A stretch of DNA of 63,110 bases, the filler included, from Octopus bimaculoides (Eukaryota), in NCBI RefSeq assembly GCF_001194135.2. It is 7 parts of 7 records of this genome, joined end to end, with 100 filler letters (N's around TTAATTAATTAA, not from the genome) between each part and the next. Parts side by side here need not be neighbours in the genome. Positions count along the whole stretch, not along the records: positions 50,471 to 58,077 come from NC_068989.1; positions 58,178 to 60,304 come from NW_026309216.1; positions 60,405 to 61,978 come from NC_068982.1; positions 62,079 to 63,110 come from NW_026331751.1; 3 more parts are not named here. The stretch is one strand, 5' to 3'. This document shows, piece by piece, positions 52,161 through 63,110 of the stretch (within the stretch, counting starts at the first letter, position 1; every line of letters begins with the position of its first letter). Below the pieces are notes generated by a model. That model did no database searches and was not told the DNA's origin. It saw only the letters and a list, made by a program, of their open reading frames with translations. The position numbers and the translations under genes are program-made.

Positions 52161-52339
52161 TAAGCAGAAAATGGAGAAAATTCTCGATCAACAAATTGAC
52201 TACCATCAATTATTATTTTTTAATACAACACTTTATCATTTCTAACAACTGTTTCTGCTTCTGGTACAGATTGGACATGCTATAGAATATGACGAATATT
52301 ATTCTCGAAATTTTCTTTGGCAGCGCTGACGGACATTGG

Positions 52340-52683
52340 AAACAGAAACGGCTGGAAACATTGGGTTTCGAGTTGCTGGAACACACAGCATACAGTCCAG
52401 ATCTCGCCATTTCCGACTGTCACCTCTTCGGACTGTCACCTCTTCCGACCGTCATCCTTTACGAGATGTCGATTTGCTACGGACGAAGTGCAGGAAGCGG
52501 TGCATAAATGACTGCCCGACCAGCCGAAAACCTTATTCTCTGATGAAATAAGCCAGCTGGTTGACTGCTGAAAGAAGCGCATCGAAAAGCAAGGAAATTA
52601 TGTTGAAAAATGGTGTTCAACCCCTGCTTTTGTTTTAATAAATTACAGAAACAAAAATGTCTACAATTTTCACGTACCCTCGT
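52340..52683 (+). mobile_element. Mariner transposase 3' fragment with terminal repeat
   Basis: Reads LGFELLEHTAYSPDLAISDCHLFG (YSPDLAP.D motif), RFATDEVQEAVHK*LPDQPK...KRIEKQGNYVEK*, and ends in CACGTACCCTCGT. It includes a 16-bp tandem duplication. Confidence 0.9.
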
Positions 52684-53343
52684 GTATAAAACTTGGAATT
52701 CTTTTCAAAACTTTTTAATGTTTACATTCTTTTATAATTCTATGACACGTATTCACTGATGTCTATGCTCTGGAGAAAAAAATATAGTGAAATTCTGCAG
52801 TGAGGATATTTAAGTTGACGGTGACGAAATTTAAACTGACGGTAACGTAATCAATAGTGACATTAACGAAATCGAGGCTTGCGATGACGAATATGATGCT
52901 GACGTTGACGAGGCTGAGGTTGATAATGTCGAATTTGAGGAAGAGACTTTGTATATCTACGTGATGTTTCCTGCATGAAATTTTACATTTTTTATTTAAA
53001 GGAAAATGCAACTGTAAATTATTTGAAAACATAGTGTGATTCCATTTGGGATTAAGGGTCGCGATTTTAAATGTTGGACTCATTTTTCAGGCAGTTGTCG
53101 CGGATATTGTTAGAAAGTTTATCCATGTTTCAGAACATGTAAGAGACGGAATTTAAACGTTTGGCAGCAAAATCAGACCAGCAGGAGACAATTTCAATAA
53201 TAATGGATATTAGCGTCAAAACTCTCTTTTAAATTTAAAACTTTGGATATATAACCAAGGAGAAGGATCCTTAAGGAGTCTAATTTAGACCTTTTGCGGT
53301 GAAATCTCTTGCTATATTGGTAGCGATTACATGTTTTTCTATG

Positions 53344-53388
<45 letters not shown>

Positions 53389-54239
53389 ACAGAGATGGAG
53401 AGAGGGCGATGGAGAGAAGGAGATAGAGATGGAATGGGAATGAGGAAAGAGACTACGAGAGAGTGATAGACAGAAAGATAGAGCTAATAGGTGATGGTTA
53501 GACCTAAAAGAAAAGATAGCGGTGCACATCTCATTACAGTGCAGTAAATGCTAAGTAATAGCTACGGCGATATGTCGTCTGCCATAATGAAAATACACTT
53601 GCTGCCTTCAACTCAAACGATGTGGGTTAGTAAAGTTGTGATATCATAACACAATAATGGATTACACAATAAGTGGTATTGCCTCGTGTCTGTGTGAAGA
53701 GAGGAGACAATACTTGTGGCTCTGGGGCCTTCTTTCAACAATGAAAAGAGGATTTCTTACTCCGTCCTTCAAAATTTTCCCGGATATATATCCTCCACAC
53801 GTGCACCGGCATAATGCACTTCACTTGATAGCTTGTTAGATGCTTACTATCTTGTAGTCGGAATCAGTAAAAACTAATACTGTTGTCTGTTTGTTTGGCT
53901 TACTGGTTAGCCACCCTCTTCACTCCATTCTCCCCACCCCCACTCTTTCTCTCTCTCTCTCTCTCTGTTGTTCATTCTAATACCCGCTTCTTCCTCTTTT
54001 CTCTCTTCTCTCATTTTTATTCTATTTTTATTTTACAACCGGTCATATCATATGAAACTGTCTCTTTCCGTTTCAGCTTATTCTAAGCAGATCTACCTGC
54101 TTGCTACTCTCCCCCCCTCTCTCTCTCTCCTTCAATTCCTCCTGTCTCTCGTTGTTTCTTGCTATTTATTGTATGTCTTACCGGTACATCTCTCACATTC
54201 TCTTTCACTTTACAAATAGTCGGTTACCTCGCCCTTTTG

Positions 54240-54291
<52 letters not shown>

Positions 54292-54624
54292 TTTCGTAAT
54301 CCTTTCATCGATATATCTTGATACTTTATCTTATATTTTCCTCCTCCTCTTCCCCTATATTCTCTTTTTACTCCTCCTCAATAGTTGCATTGTTGCTTTA
54401 TTAACTCATCACCCCCCTTTCTCCTCTCATCTCCCCTTTCTCTGCCTCTTACTCCTCCTCTTCGCAGATGACACTCTCTCACATAGCTACAACCACTCCC
54501 TCCAACTTCAGTTGTAATCGACCTCACCCCTAACCTCTCAGCATAATCTTGCTCGAAGTCAAATCTTTCTCGTTTCCATGTTTCTCTTTTCAACTCCTTT
54601 TAGCCACCCAGTTTCAGACCATTT

Positions 54625-54815
54625 AACCTGGCGTCCAGTGGTCGAATCGGTTGAGCGTCGGACAATACATTTTACGGTATTTGTTCCGGCTCTTTACGTT
54701 CTGAGTTCAAATCCCCTTAACCTTTCATTCTGCCTACGGTCAATAAATTAAAGTACCATTCAAGTACTGGGGTCGATTTAATCGATGAGGAATTTCCCCC
54801 ACATTTGTGGCCCTT
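54625..54815 (+). mobile_element. SINE family A, diverged
   Basis: Reads TTTACGTTCTGAGTTCAAATCC...AAATTAAAGTACC...TACTGGGGTCGATTTAATCGA. Confidence 0.65.
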
Positions 54816-55608
54816 TGTTTTGGTGAAGAGTTAATGAAGTAAGATTAATGTTAATGTTTCGCTTAAAATATTACGAATCGGCACACGCAAGAAGAACATG
54901 AACAGGGAGAAAGTTCTAGAGGGATTGATGTTGGGGGAGGAAGCGGGGGAGAATAATTGGGTTTAGTGGTTAAGGCGGGGTCACAAGGGTTGGAGTGATG
55001 AGAGTTTGAGTTACGAATGAGTGGTGAGTGCCTAAGTATTGGAGACAAATCAATTCTGAGGAACAGAGGCCATTAAAGTAGGGTCATGCTGGAGCATGTC
55101 CAGAGTTACTCGATGGTTTTATGAAGATTTCTATAAAAGTTAGTTGATGCAATGCCAGTAAGTAACGGCAAAGAGTATTCCTTCAGCCGATGAAGCCTCA
55201 TAATTCATAAACATGCTGGGAGTTGTCTACCTTGCTTAATCACCACAAAAATAATGTTAGAAACCACTTAATATTCTTCTTATTCATCGCATGTAACCCA
55301 ACTGCGGTTAATAGTAATGGTGAAAACATTGGAAGAGCCAAACCATTTCTTTTTATGTATGTGCATGCACGTTTGTTTGCAAGAAGTTTTCTTTTTGTTC
55401 AATCATGACGTAACTTTGGCTTTCTCTTTCTTATTTTAGTCTGTATATTCTTGCCACAATACAGAATGGGAATGGTAGATGGATGTATATGGATATATAG
55501 ACAAGCAGGTGACCAGTTGCCTCATTTCGCACGTACATGCACACATATGCATATACATTCACGAGTAAAAGCAAACACACATGTATATGTATTTATGTTT
55601 ATACACAG

Positions 55609-55646
<38 letters not shown>

Positions 55647-56683
55647 TTCTTCAACACAGGAAAAACCAAATAAACGATCAATAGAAGAAAACTTTCGCCT
55701 GAGTAGCCGATCTGACCACAGAATTTCCCTCATTCACAACTCGTTTATTCACCAACCAACCTACTGTTTAGCATGATCGTTTTACGTACTGACAAATTAT
55801 ACAGCAACAATTCTGCGGTCGTCTGCTCATTGGAAAAGTACACAATGCTTATAATTAAATAAAACAGGTCAAAAATTACCGCAAATTGTATCGAAGCTAC
55901 ACTCGTACTTGAAATACTCGCTCACCTTTTCTCTTCCAGCCAACAATCCACCCTATTACAAATAGAGAAATAAAGCTTATTTTCTCCCTCTGTCTGTCCG
56001 CCTGTTGTTTAAGAATAATGGCGTCCATTATTCGTTGAGTCCGAACGACCGCTCAAGATGCTGGCCTAAAATCACAAAACTACAAGCAACAATAACAAAC
56101 GTTACATTAAATCCAGACTCTGGTGAAAAGCTTGTCCCTTAGAAAACAACACTACAACCACGTAACGTCTCTATATTACTAAACGTGCTCTGGCATTGTT
56201 CTTGCACGTGTTCCCCTATGTATTTACTGTTTCCCAGTCTCTCACTATTATCCATATTTCTTCCCACCTCTTTCCCTTTACATATATATATATATATATA
56301 TGTGAGTGTGTGTGTGTATGTGTATGTATATATGTATGTATGTGTGTATGTATGTATGTGACTACCTCACTGTCATTCGCTTCTCAAAAGCTTTTTTTCA
56401 TTTCATATTTCATTTTTCTTCTGTTTTTTTCTTTCTCTCTGACCGTCTCTCCCCGTCTTCCCCCCCGTCTTTCTTCGCCTCTTTCCTGCTCAATCGTCCT
56501 TGTCACGCCTCATTCTCAACACTACGTCGGAAACATACTTGCACACATACACATATACCTTTATGTGCAAAAGCATACGCATCTCTACGTGTTTATGCAC
56601 AAACGCACACGCACACATTCACAAATACAAATGCGCGCACGCGCGTATATGTATATGTGTATATAGTGCAACATGATATAATT

Positions 56684-56729
<46 letters not shown>

Positions 56730-57011
56730 AAACAGAAACAGCAGTTTCTCCTATAAGATGCAGTGAACTCATAGTTGAGTGCCTGAATAACACCTTATAG
56801 CTTCATCGGAGCTTCGAATATAAAACGCAATTTATTTGGGAAAGAATTACATTTGTGCCTGTAAAGGGACGACATCACTAACTATAAAAAGTACTCAATA
56901 TCTAAATGTTGCGTGGAAAAAAATATTTTACTCTGTACGTAACTATGCATTAACGTAACTATGAGCAACTTCTGAGGTTTAATACTAGATTTAAACACAG
57001 ACAAAACTTAC

Positions 57012-57270
57012 CCTTCCCCCGACAAACTTCAAAACAACGGTAGTTTGTTTTCTTTTTGTTAGCAGTTGTATATCCATCGCTAGATGAAAGCCTCAGCTTC
57101 CCATTGCATTTGTTTTCGCTCACCCACGTGGAGAGAAGTGAAGCATTGATCGATCTTACTGAATCATTTCCTTTCCTATTTTCCTTTTCCTCTTCATTGC
57201 TCAATGCTCCGCCATGACTTTTCTTCAAAAGTTGTTTGTCCTTTTCCTTGTATGTCTTATCCATGTTCAT
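57012..57270 (-). CDS. Candidate first coding exon of an unidentified gene
   Basis: A non-repetitive 86-codon frame, MNMDKTYKEKDKQLLKKSHGG...KKKTNYRCFEVCRGK, with AACATGG context, ending at the consensus donor AAGG|GTAAGT. I recognise no homology and found no downstream exon. Confidence 0.3.
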
Positions 57271-57359
57271 GTTCCAAGTGAAAAGGGTGTACAAACTCAA
57301 CTAAAGCATGGCCGGCCCTAAACAAATTCGATGTTGTCTGGAAGTCAATCCTGTCAGGC

Positions 57360-57760
57360 AACCCTAAGAGGAACTTTTCCTTGCAACAGTAGAGTCAGTC
57401 CTTTATACGAAGCAACCGCCTGAATGTTTACCAAAAAAAACACTGGAATCCAAGTTAGATGGAATTTACACTCGAATGTTAAGAACAGTCTTAAACATAT
57501 CTTGAAGAAGTTATCCCACCAAGGAACAGCTGTACTGAGAGCTCCTGTGCTTTGCGGGACATTGCTGGTGAGATAAACAAGAACTGGCAAGCGACCTACT
57601 GCTATGGGTGCCAAAGCATAGCTGCACTCGAGCCGGTCGTCCGAACACATCGTATATAGATCGACTCCTCAGAGACACTGAATGCTTTCACCCAATGCAG
57701 GCTCGAGATGAGTGCGGGTTAAAAGTGTCCGAGCAAGATCGACCAAATGATGATGATGAG
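57360..57760 (+). mobile_element. RTE-clade LINE 3' end with (GAT)n tail
   Basis: Broken frames give FLATVESVL(L)Y, LESKLDGIYTRMLRTVLNIS...PTKEQLY, FAGHCW...ELASDLLLWVPKH...GRPNTSYIDRLLRDT. Confidence 0.85.
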
Positions 57761-57761
57761 G

Positions 57762-57930
57762 GGGACAGTCGATTAGATCGACCCCAGTACGCAACTGGTA
57801 CTTATTTAATCGACTCCGAAAGGATGAAAGGCAAAGTCGACATCGTCGGAATTTGAACTCAGAACGTAGCGACGGACGGGCGAAATACCGCTAAGCATTT
57901 CGCCGGCGTGCTGACGTTTCTGCCAGCTCG
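57762..57930 (-). mobile_element. SINE family A
   Basis: The minus strand reads GAGCTGGCAGAAACGTCAGCACGCCGGCGAAATGCTTAGCGGTATTTCG...CTGAGTTCAAATTCCG. Confidence 0.85.
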
Positions 57931-58077
57931 ATGCCTTGAGTTGATTTACTGACATTAGAAGAGAATTGCTAATGTTTAACCCGGGCCAAGCCTGATTGAG
58001 TTGGCCTATGTCCAAAGTACATCTCATTTAGACTTTCTTTAGTGAATTTCTCTGAACATTTCATTGGCGCAGGCATG

Positions 58078-58177
58078 NNNNNNNNNNNNNNNNNNNNNNN
58101 NNNNNNNNNNNNNNNNNNNNNTTAATTAATTAANNNNNNNNNNNNNNNNNNNNNNNNNNNNNNNNNNNNNNNNNNNN
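58078..58177. other. Artificial scaffold linker
   Basis: 44 N + TTAATTAATTAA (58122-58133) + 44 N. Confidence 0.95.
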
Positions 58178-58396
58178 ATCACGGTTCGCCCAGCCGATTG
58201 TGCAGAAAGCATTTTCCAGGTAACACTCCCTTTGCATATCTAAGAAAAATCTGTCAATAAAACTACAAGTGACTCTTACAAGTGAGTATATATCTCTGTT
58301 TTCTCATGTAGCATTTTACAACAGCTTCCATCCATAGATTTATCTAAAAAAAATGTAGAAAACTCTCAGTGAAAAAGGAATTGGTTTATAAGTCTC

Positions 58397-58432
<36 letters not shown>

Positions 58433-58829
58433 TTAATAATTAATAATAATAATAAATCTATTAATCCGATTTACCTCGAATATTTTTTCATCGATTACAA
58501 TAATTAAAGATTACAAAAATGTTTTCCAGGAATTGCATAAGAAATCCGATTAAACCCTTTGGCAGATTGGCTGATTTGGGCAAGTTGGTAGGAGGTTAAA
58601 AAATAAAAAAATAAAAAGGTTATTAATTGTTAGAATAACTTCCAACTTAGACACAAGACCAATAATTTTGTGGGAGTGCGATAGTCAATGCTATCGACTC
58701 TAGTATTTGAAGTGCAGTTTATTTTATCGACCAAATAGATGTAAGTTGATCTCGGCAGGATTTGAACTCATAATGTATGTAGAGAGAAAGAAGACGGACA
58801 ATGCATTTTGTTCGTTGCTTTAAGATTTT

Positions 58830-58914
58830 ATAACGGCGGTGCCCCAGCATGGCCACAGCTCTACGCTGAAACTACAAATAGAAAACGAAACGAAAATATA
58901 CGTACACACGCACG

Positions 58915-58956
<42 letters not shown>

Positions 58957-59216
58957 TACGTATCTCCTCTTTTATTCTTTTACTTCTTTCAGTCATTTGA
59001 TTGTGACCATGCTGGAACACTATCTTTTTGTCAAAGAAACTTACCCCTGGACTTTTTCTTAGTAAGCCTGGTGCTTATTCTATCGGGTCTTCTGCCGAAC
59101 AGCTAAGTTAGGGGATGTAAATACACCAACATCGGTTGTCATGTGAAGGCTAGGGGACGAACACAGACACAAACATATACACATAAATATATATATTTAC
59201 ACATATATATATGCAT

Positions 59217-59253
<37 letters not shown>

Positions 59254-59420
59254 GTATATATATATACGATGGGCTTCTCAGTTTACATCTGCCAAATCCA
59301 CTCACAAGGCTTTGATCGGCATGGCGCTATAGTAGAAGACACTTGCCGAAGAGGTCACGCAGCGGGATTGAACCCGGAACCATGTGGTTGGGAAGCAATC
59401 TTCTTCCACACAGCCACACA
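58830..59420 (-). mobile_element. SINE family D copies with internal microsatellites
   Basis: Shares blocks with 50475-50845 and 36078-36485. Confidence 0.75.
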
Positions 59421-59741
59421 TGTATTTTTTAATATTTTGTTTGTTTCAGACAGTAGAGTGAGTTCATGATGCCAGGGCATCAGATTGAAGGGGCTAGCGA
59501 AACAAGCAAGACCCAGTACTTTTTTTAATCCTGGAGAAGTAAACTAAGTGACTCTGGTTGTTGAGCGGTGGTGGGGGAAAACTCAAACACACACAAATAC
59601 ACTCACAAGACTTAGATCAACACAGGGATATTGTAGAAGACGCTCATTCAAGATGTCATGCAGTGGGACTGAAAGCAAAACCGTGTGACTGAGAAAATAT
59701 AAATATAAATTGTGTATACTATATATTATGTAATATAATAC

Positions 59742-60116
59742 GTGTGTAGGCGCAATGGCCCAGTGGTTAGGGCAGCGGACTCGCAGTCATAGGATCGCGG
59801 TTTCAATTCCCAAACCGGGTGTTGCGAGTGTTTATTGAGCGAAAACACCTAAAAGCTCCACGAGGCTCCGGCAGGGGATGGTGGCGAACCCTGCTGTACT
59901 CTTTCACCACAACTTTCTCTCACTCTTACTTCCTGTTTCTGTTTTGCCTGTGATTCAAAGGGCCAGCCTTGTCTCGCTGAATATTTCCGAGAACTACGTT
60001 AAGGGTACACGTGTCTGTGGAGTGCTCAACCACTTGCACGTTAATTTCACGAGCAGGCAGTTCCGTTGATCGGATCAACTGGAACCCTCGACGTCATAAG
60101 CGACGGAGTGCCAACA
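59742..60116 (+). mobile_element. SINE family B, full length with a 10-bp TSD
   Basis: AATATAATAC at 59732-59741 and 60117-60126. Confidence 0.9.
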
Positions 60117-60304
60117 AATATAATACTTAAATATCAATTTAATAATAATATTGAATATTGATCTTTATCAATTAATCACAGGATATAATACATCTTATTT
60201 TAGATGCAAATATCGATAATTTTAATCTTGATTTAGTAATACATTTAATATATTTACGTACTAATCTTAAATGCGTGTAACGTAAGCTCGTATGCATATA
60301 TCTG

Positions 60305-60404
60305 NNNNNNNNNNNNNNNNNNNNNNNNNNNNNNNNNNNNNNNNNNNNTTAATTAATTAANNNNNNNNNNNNNNNNNNNNNNNNNNNNNNNNNNNNNNNN
60401 NNNN
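60305..60404. other. Artificial scaffold linker
   Basis: 44 N + TTAATTAATTAA (60349-60360) + 44 N. Confidence 0.95.
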
Positions 60405-60424
60405 ATATATATGTGTCATATACA

Positions 60425-60750
60425 GGAGACCACTTCGGTCACGAATGAGCATGAGATTGCACCTAGAAAGTTGCCCTCCGAGGCACAAGTCCGGGCAAGG
60501 TTGTTTATGGAAGACTAGCAGTCGCTCATGCATACCAGCCTCCCCGATCCACGCCACCGATGTTATCCAAGAGAAAGGCAAAGGCTGATACAGCTTGGCA
60601 CCAGTGACGTCGCAACGCATTTCTACAGCTGATTGAACTGGATCAGCGTGAAATTACGTGTCTTGGTCAAGAATACAACACGCAGCCCGGTCCGGTATTC
60701 GAACTCACAAACTAACGGTCGTAAGTTCGTCGCTCTAACTACTGAGCCAT
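60425..60750 (-). mobile_element. tRNA-derived SINE family E
   Basis: The minus strand reads ATGGCTCAGTAGTTAGAGCG (A box), GAGTTCGAATACC (B box), CTTGACCAAGACACG (CORE-like), then a distinct 3' body. Confidence 0.75.
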
Positions 60751-60844
60751 ATATGGATACATGTATATGTATATATGAATACATATATATATGTGTATGT
60801 ATGTGTATATATATGAATATATATATGTTCTATAATTAAGAGAT

Positions 60845-61015
60845 GAGGAATTATGTACATTATTTAGATTATTTACATTTGACGGATATTTGTCATCATC
60901 TTGTTTGTTGTTAACACGTTTCGGCTGATATACTCTCAAGCCTTCATCAGGTGTCTTGGGGAAATTTCGAACCTGGGTTCTATTTCCTAAGGTATTTGTG
61001 GATGTCATTATTATT
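60845..61015 (-). mobile_element. Penelope-like tail of the SINE seen at 5560-6065 (best-preserved hammerhead-like core)
   Basis: The minus strand reads AAGACAC-CTGATGA-A-GGCTTGAGAGTATATCAGCC-GAAA-CGTGTTAAC at 60957-60910. Confidence 0.8.
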
Positions 61016-61099
61016 ATATGGATGTTGAAGATAAGACAGACAGAGTAAAAAGATGGCTGTGGATGACTAAAATTGGTTTAAAACCCGAAACGAAGGCTC

Positions 61100-61345
61100 T
61101 AATCTGTGCTGTGCAAGTACTCCACCTTAAATTTTTCTGTCATTTCTTTCTCCATCAATTTAACCATTTCCAAAGTCCCTAAGTACTTATATCTCGTCTC
61201 TTCTATCGGCTTCATAACCTCCCCCGACGGTATCGTTAGCCCGTCTATACATTTCATTTTGCCTCTCTTTAAGACTAACACACCACACTTTCTCAATCCG
61301 AAATCGATTCTGACAGCAGCACTGAAGGTATATATCGTATGAACG
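61100..61345 (-). mobile_element. R4/Dong-type RT C-terminal fragment
   Basis: Reads IYTFSAAVRIDFGLRKCGVLVLKRGK...DGLTIPSGEV...YKYLGTLE...EMTEKFKVEYL. Confidence 0.85.
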
Positions 61346-61392
61346 AGGGAACTGACTTGGGTTTCATGTTTACCATAAAGTTTGAATTATTA

Positions 61393-61433
<41 letters not shown>

Positions 61434-61443
61434 NNNNNNNNNN

Positions 61444-61490
61444 ACAACAAACAAGATGAGGACAAATATCCGTCAAATGTAAATAATGTA
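61444..61490 (+). mobile_element. Extreme 3' tip of the Penelope-like SINE tail
   Basis: Reads ACAACAAACAAGATGAGGACAAATATCCGTCAAATGTAAATAATGTA, after (ATT)n and a 10-N gap. Confidence 0.75.
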
Positions 61491-61494
61491 TAGA

Positions 61495-61772
61495 CACGTG
61501 TACATTTAACGTAGTTCTCGAGGAGATTCAGCGCTACAGAGAGCGTAACGAGGATGGCCCTTTGAAATACAGGAACAACAGAAACAGGAAGAAAGAGTGA
61601 CAGAATGTTGTGAAAGAGTACAGCAGGGTTCGCCACCACCCCGTGCCAGAGCCTCGTTGAGCTTTAGGCGTTTTCACTCAATAAACATTATCAACGCCCG
61701 ATCTAGCAATCGAAACTGGAACCCTACGACCGCGTGTCTGCTGCCCTAACCACTTGGCCATTGCGCCTCCAC
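61495..61772 (-). mobile_element. SINE family B, 3'-truncated and diverged
   Basis: The plus strand ends in CCACTTGGCCATTGCGCCTCCAC. Confidence 0.8.
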
Positions 61773-61830
61773 ATGAATATAAATATATATATATATATAT
61801 GAATATGTATATGAATATATAATAATAATG

Positions 61831-61884
<54 letters not shown>

Positions 61885-61978
61885 TAAACAAGGTGGCACC
61901 AATTATCATAAAATACATAGAGCACTCAATGAACAAATGGCAGACAGTGCTACAGCTCCAAACAAAAGAGGGACTTGT
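61885..61978 (+). mobile_element. Probable 5'-truncated R4/Dong RT fragment starting in an (AAT)n tract
   Basis: KVAPIIIKYIEHSMNKWQTVLQLQT resembles the R4/Dong RT segment I..F....M..W.T.L.L. It is short and cut by a linker. Confidence 0.5.
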
Positions 61979-62078
61979 NNNNNNNNNNNNNNNNNNNNNN
62001 NNNNNNNNNNNNNNNNNNNNNNTTAATTAATTAANNNNNNNNNNNNNNNNNNNNNNNNNNNNNNNNNNNNNNNNNNNN
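61979..62078. other. Artificial scaffold linker
   Basis: 44 N + TTAATTAATTAA (62023-62034) + 44 N. Confidence 0.95.
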
Positions 62079-62249
62079 AACGGTAGATGGTGATGGTGGC
62101 TCTGTCGATGGCGGTTTCAAGGGGCGATAAGTGAAGTGAAGCGTGAATAGATAGATATATACCACTCTCCATATAGCATGTAGCCTTAAGCAGCGCAGGC
62201 GTGACCACTTTTGCAATCCTCTGTCTGCCAGCAGCCATACTGCACAGAC

Positions 62250-63069
62250 ACACATGCATACATATATACGCATGCATACATGCACGCATACATTCATACA
62301 TAGATGCACACATTCATTCATATATACATATATATCTACATACACTCATATACACATACATGTATAATGCAAACAGATCCACATAAACAGATACATACGT
62401 ACATACATACACACGTACATACATACACACGTACATACATTTATACAGACATTCATACACACACACGTGCATACATAAACACGTAGATACATTCATACAT
62501 ACATAGAAACATTCATACATACATACATACATACTTATATACATGCACACGTATATGCATTCATACATACATTCATACATGCATTCATACATACATACGT
62601 ACGCACAACCATTCATGCCTACGTACGTATAAATATACATACATACATACATACGTACATACACACACCAATAGACAGATACAAGAAGAACACACAAATT
62701 TATGTGCACGTAAACATACAGCATTCATTAACAAACATATACACACACATATACAGGCATATGCACCAGACGTAGCATATATTCATTTGGTCATGCACAA
62801 TCGCAGGTATATACGGAAGCACACACGCGCGCGCGCACACACACACACGCGCGCGCGCACACACACACCCGCACGCACACACATACACGCTTTGGTACGT
62901 GAGTCTATGTGTGTGAGTCTGAGTGTGTATATGTGTGCGTGTGTGACGTATACAAGGAACTGGTATATAGATAGGAACATGGATAGACAAATTGCTAGAT
63001 AGATAGATAGATTGATAGATGAGTTCACAGACAGACAGACAGGCAAAGGGAAGGAAGGAAGGAAGGATG

Positions 63070-63110
<41 letters not shown>
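62250..63110. repeat. Degenerate (CATA)n, (CA)n, (CG)n and (GATA)n microsatellite field
   Basis: Directly visible. Similar fields occur at 36570-37620, 38150-40590, 45900-46230 and 50850-52155. Confidence 0.95.

Noticed and set aside
55926-56065. Minus-strand segment with a good acceptor and donor as exon 2 of the 57012-57270 ORF
   Set aside because: It has stops in all three frames from the acceptor; joining in phase 1 terminates after 12 codons.

Overview
Repeat-rich eukaryotic genomic DNA, most likely from an octopus or another coleoid cephalopod. That assignment is an inference from the SINE families and microsatellite density, not from a search. The window is a pseudomolecule of seven sequence blocks joined by six artificial 100-nt linkers (44 N + TTAATTAATTAA + 44 N) and also has many sized N gaps, so gene order across the linkers is uncertain. 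Three host genes are partly present. (1) A BTBD1/BTBD2-type BTB-BACK-PHR gene (+): one 1.68-kb coding exon at 19547-21228; the rest of the PHR domain is not in the window. (2) The 3' end of a polyhomeotic (PHC) gene (-): exons 33741-33782, 32581-32684, 26725-26853 and 24243-24437 splice in frame and end in the SAM domain. (3) The first coding exon of a neuroglobin/globin-X-like gene (+, 37870-38015), ending at the conserved B12.2 intron. The rest is tRNA-derived SINEs (at least five families), LINE fragments (CR1/L2, RTE, R4/Dong-type RLE), DNA transposon relics (Chapaev3, hAT, mariner, Helitron, TTAA MITEs) and microsatellites; nearly all other ORF-track entries are artefacts. The most unusual structures are: a head-to-head tRNA-SINE pair whose tail matches a Penelope-type minimal hammerhead ribozyme; a 289-bp fold-back element with internal telomeric repeats and a 7-bp TSD upstream of the BTBD gene; and a 200-bp loop-less palindrome next to a polyhomeotic splice acceptor.
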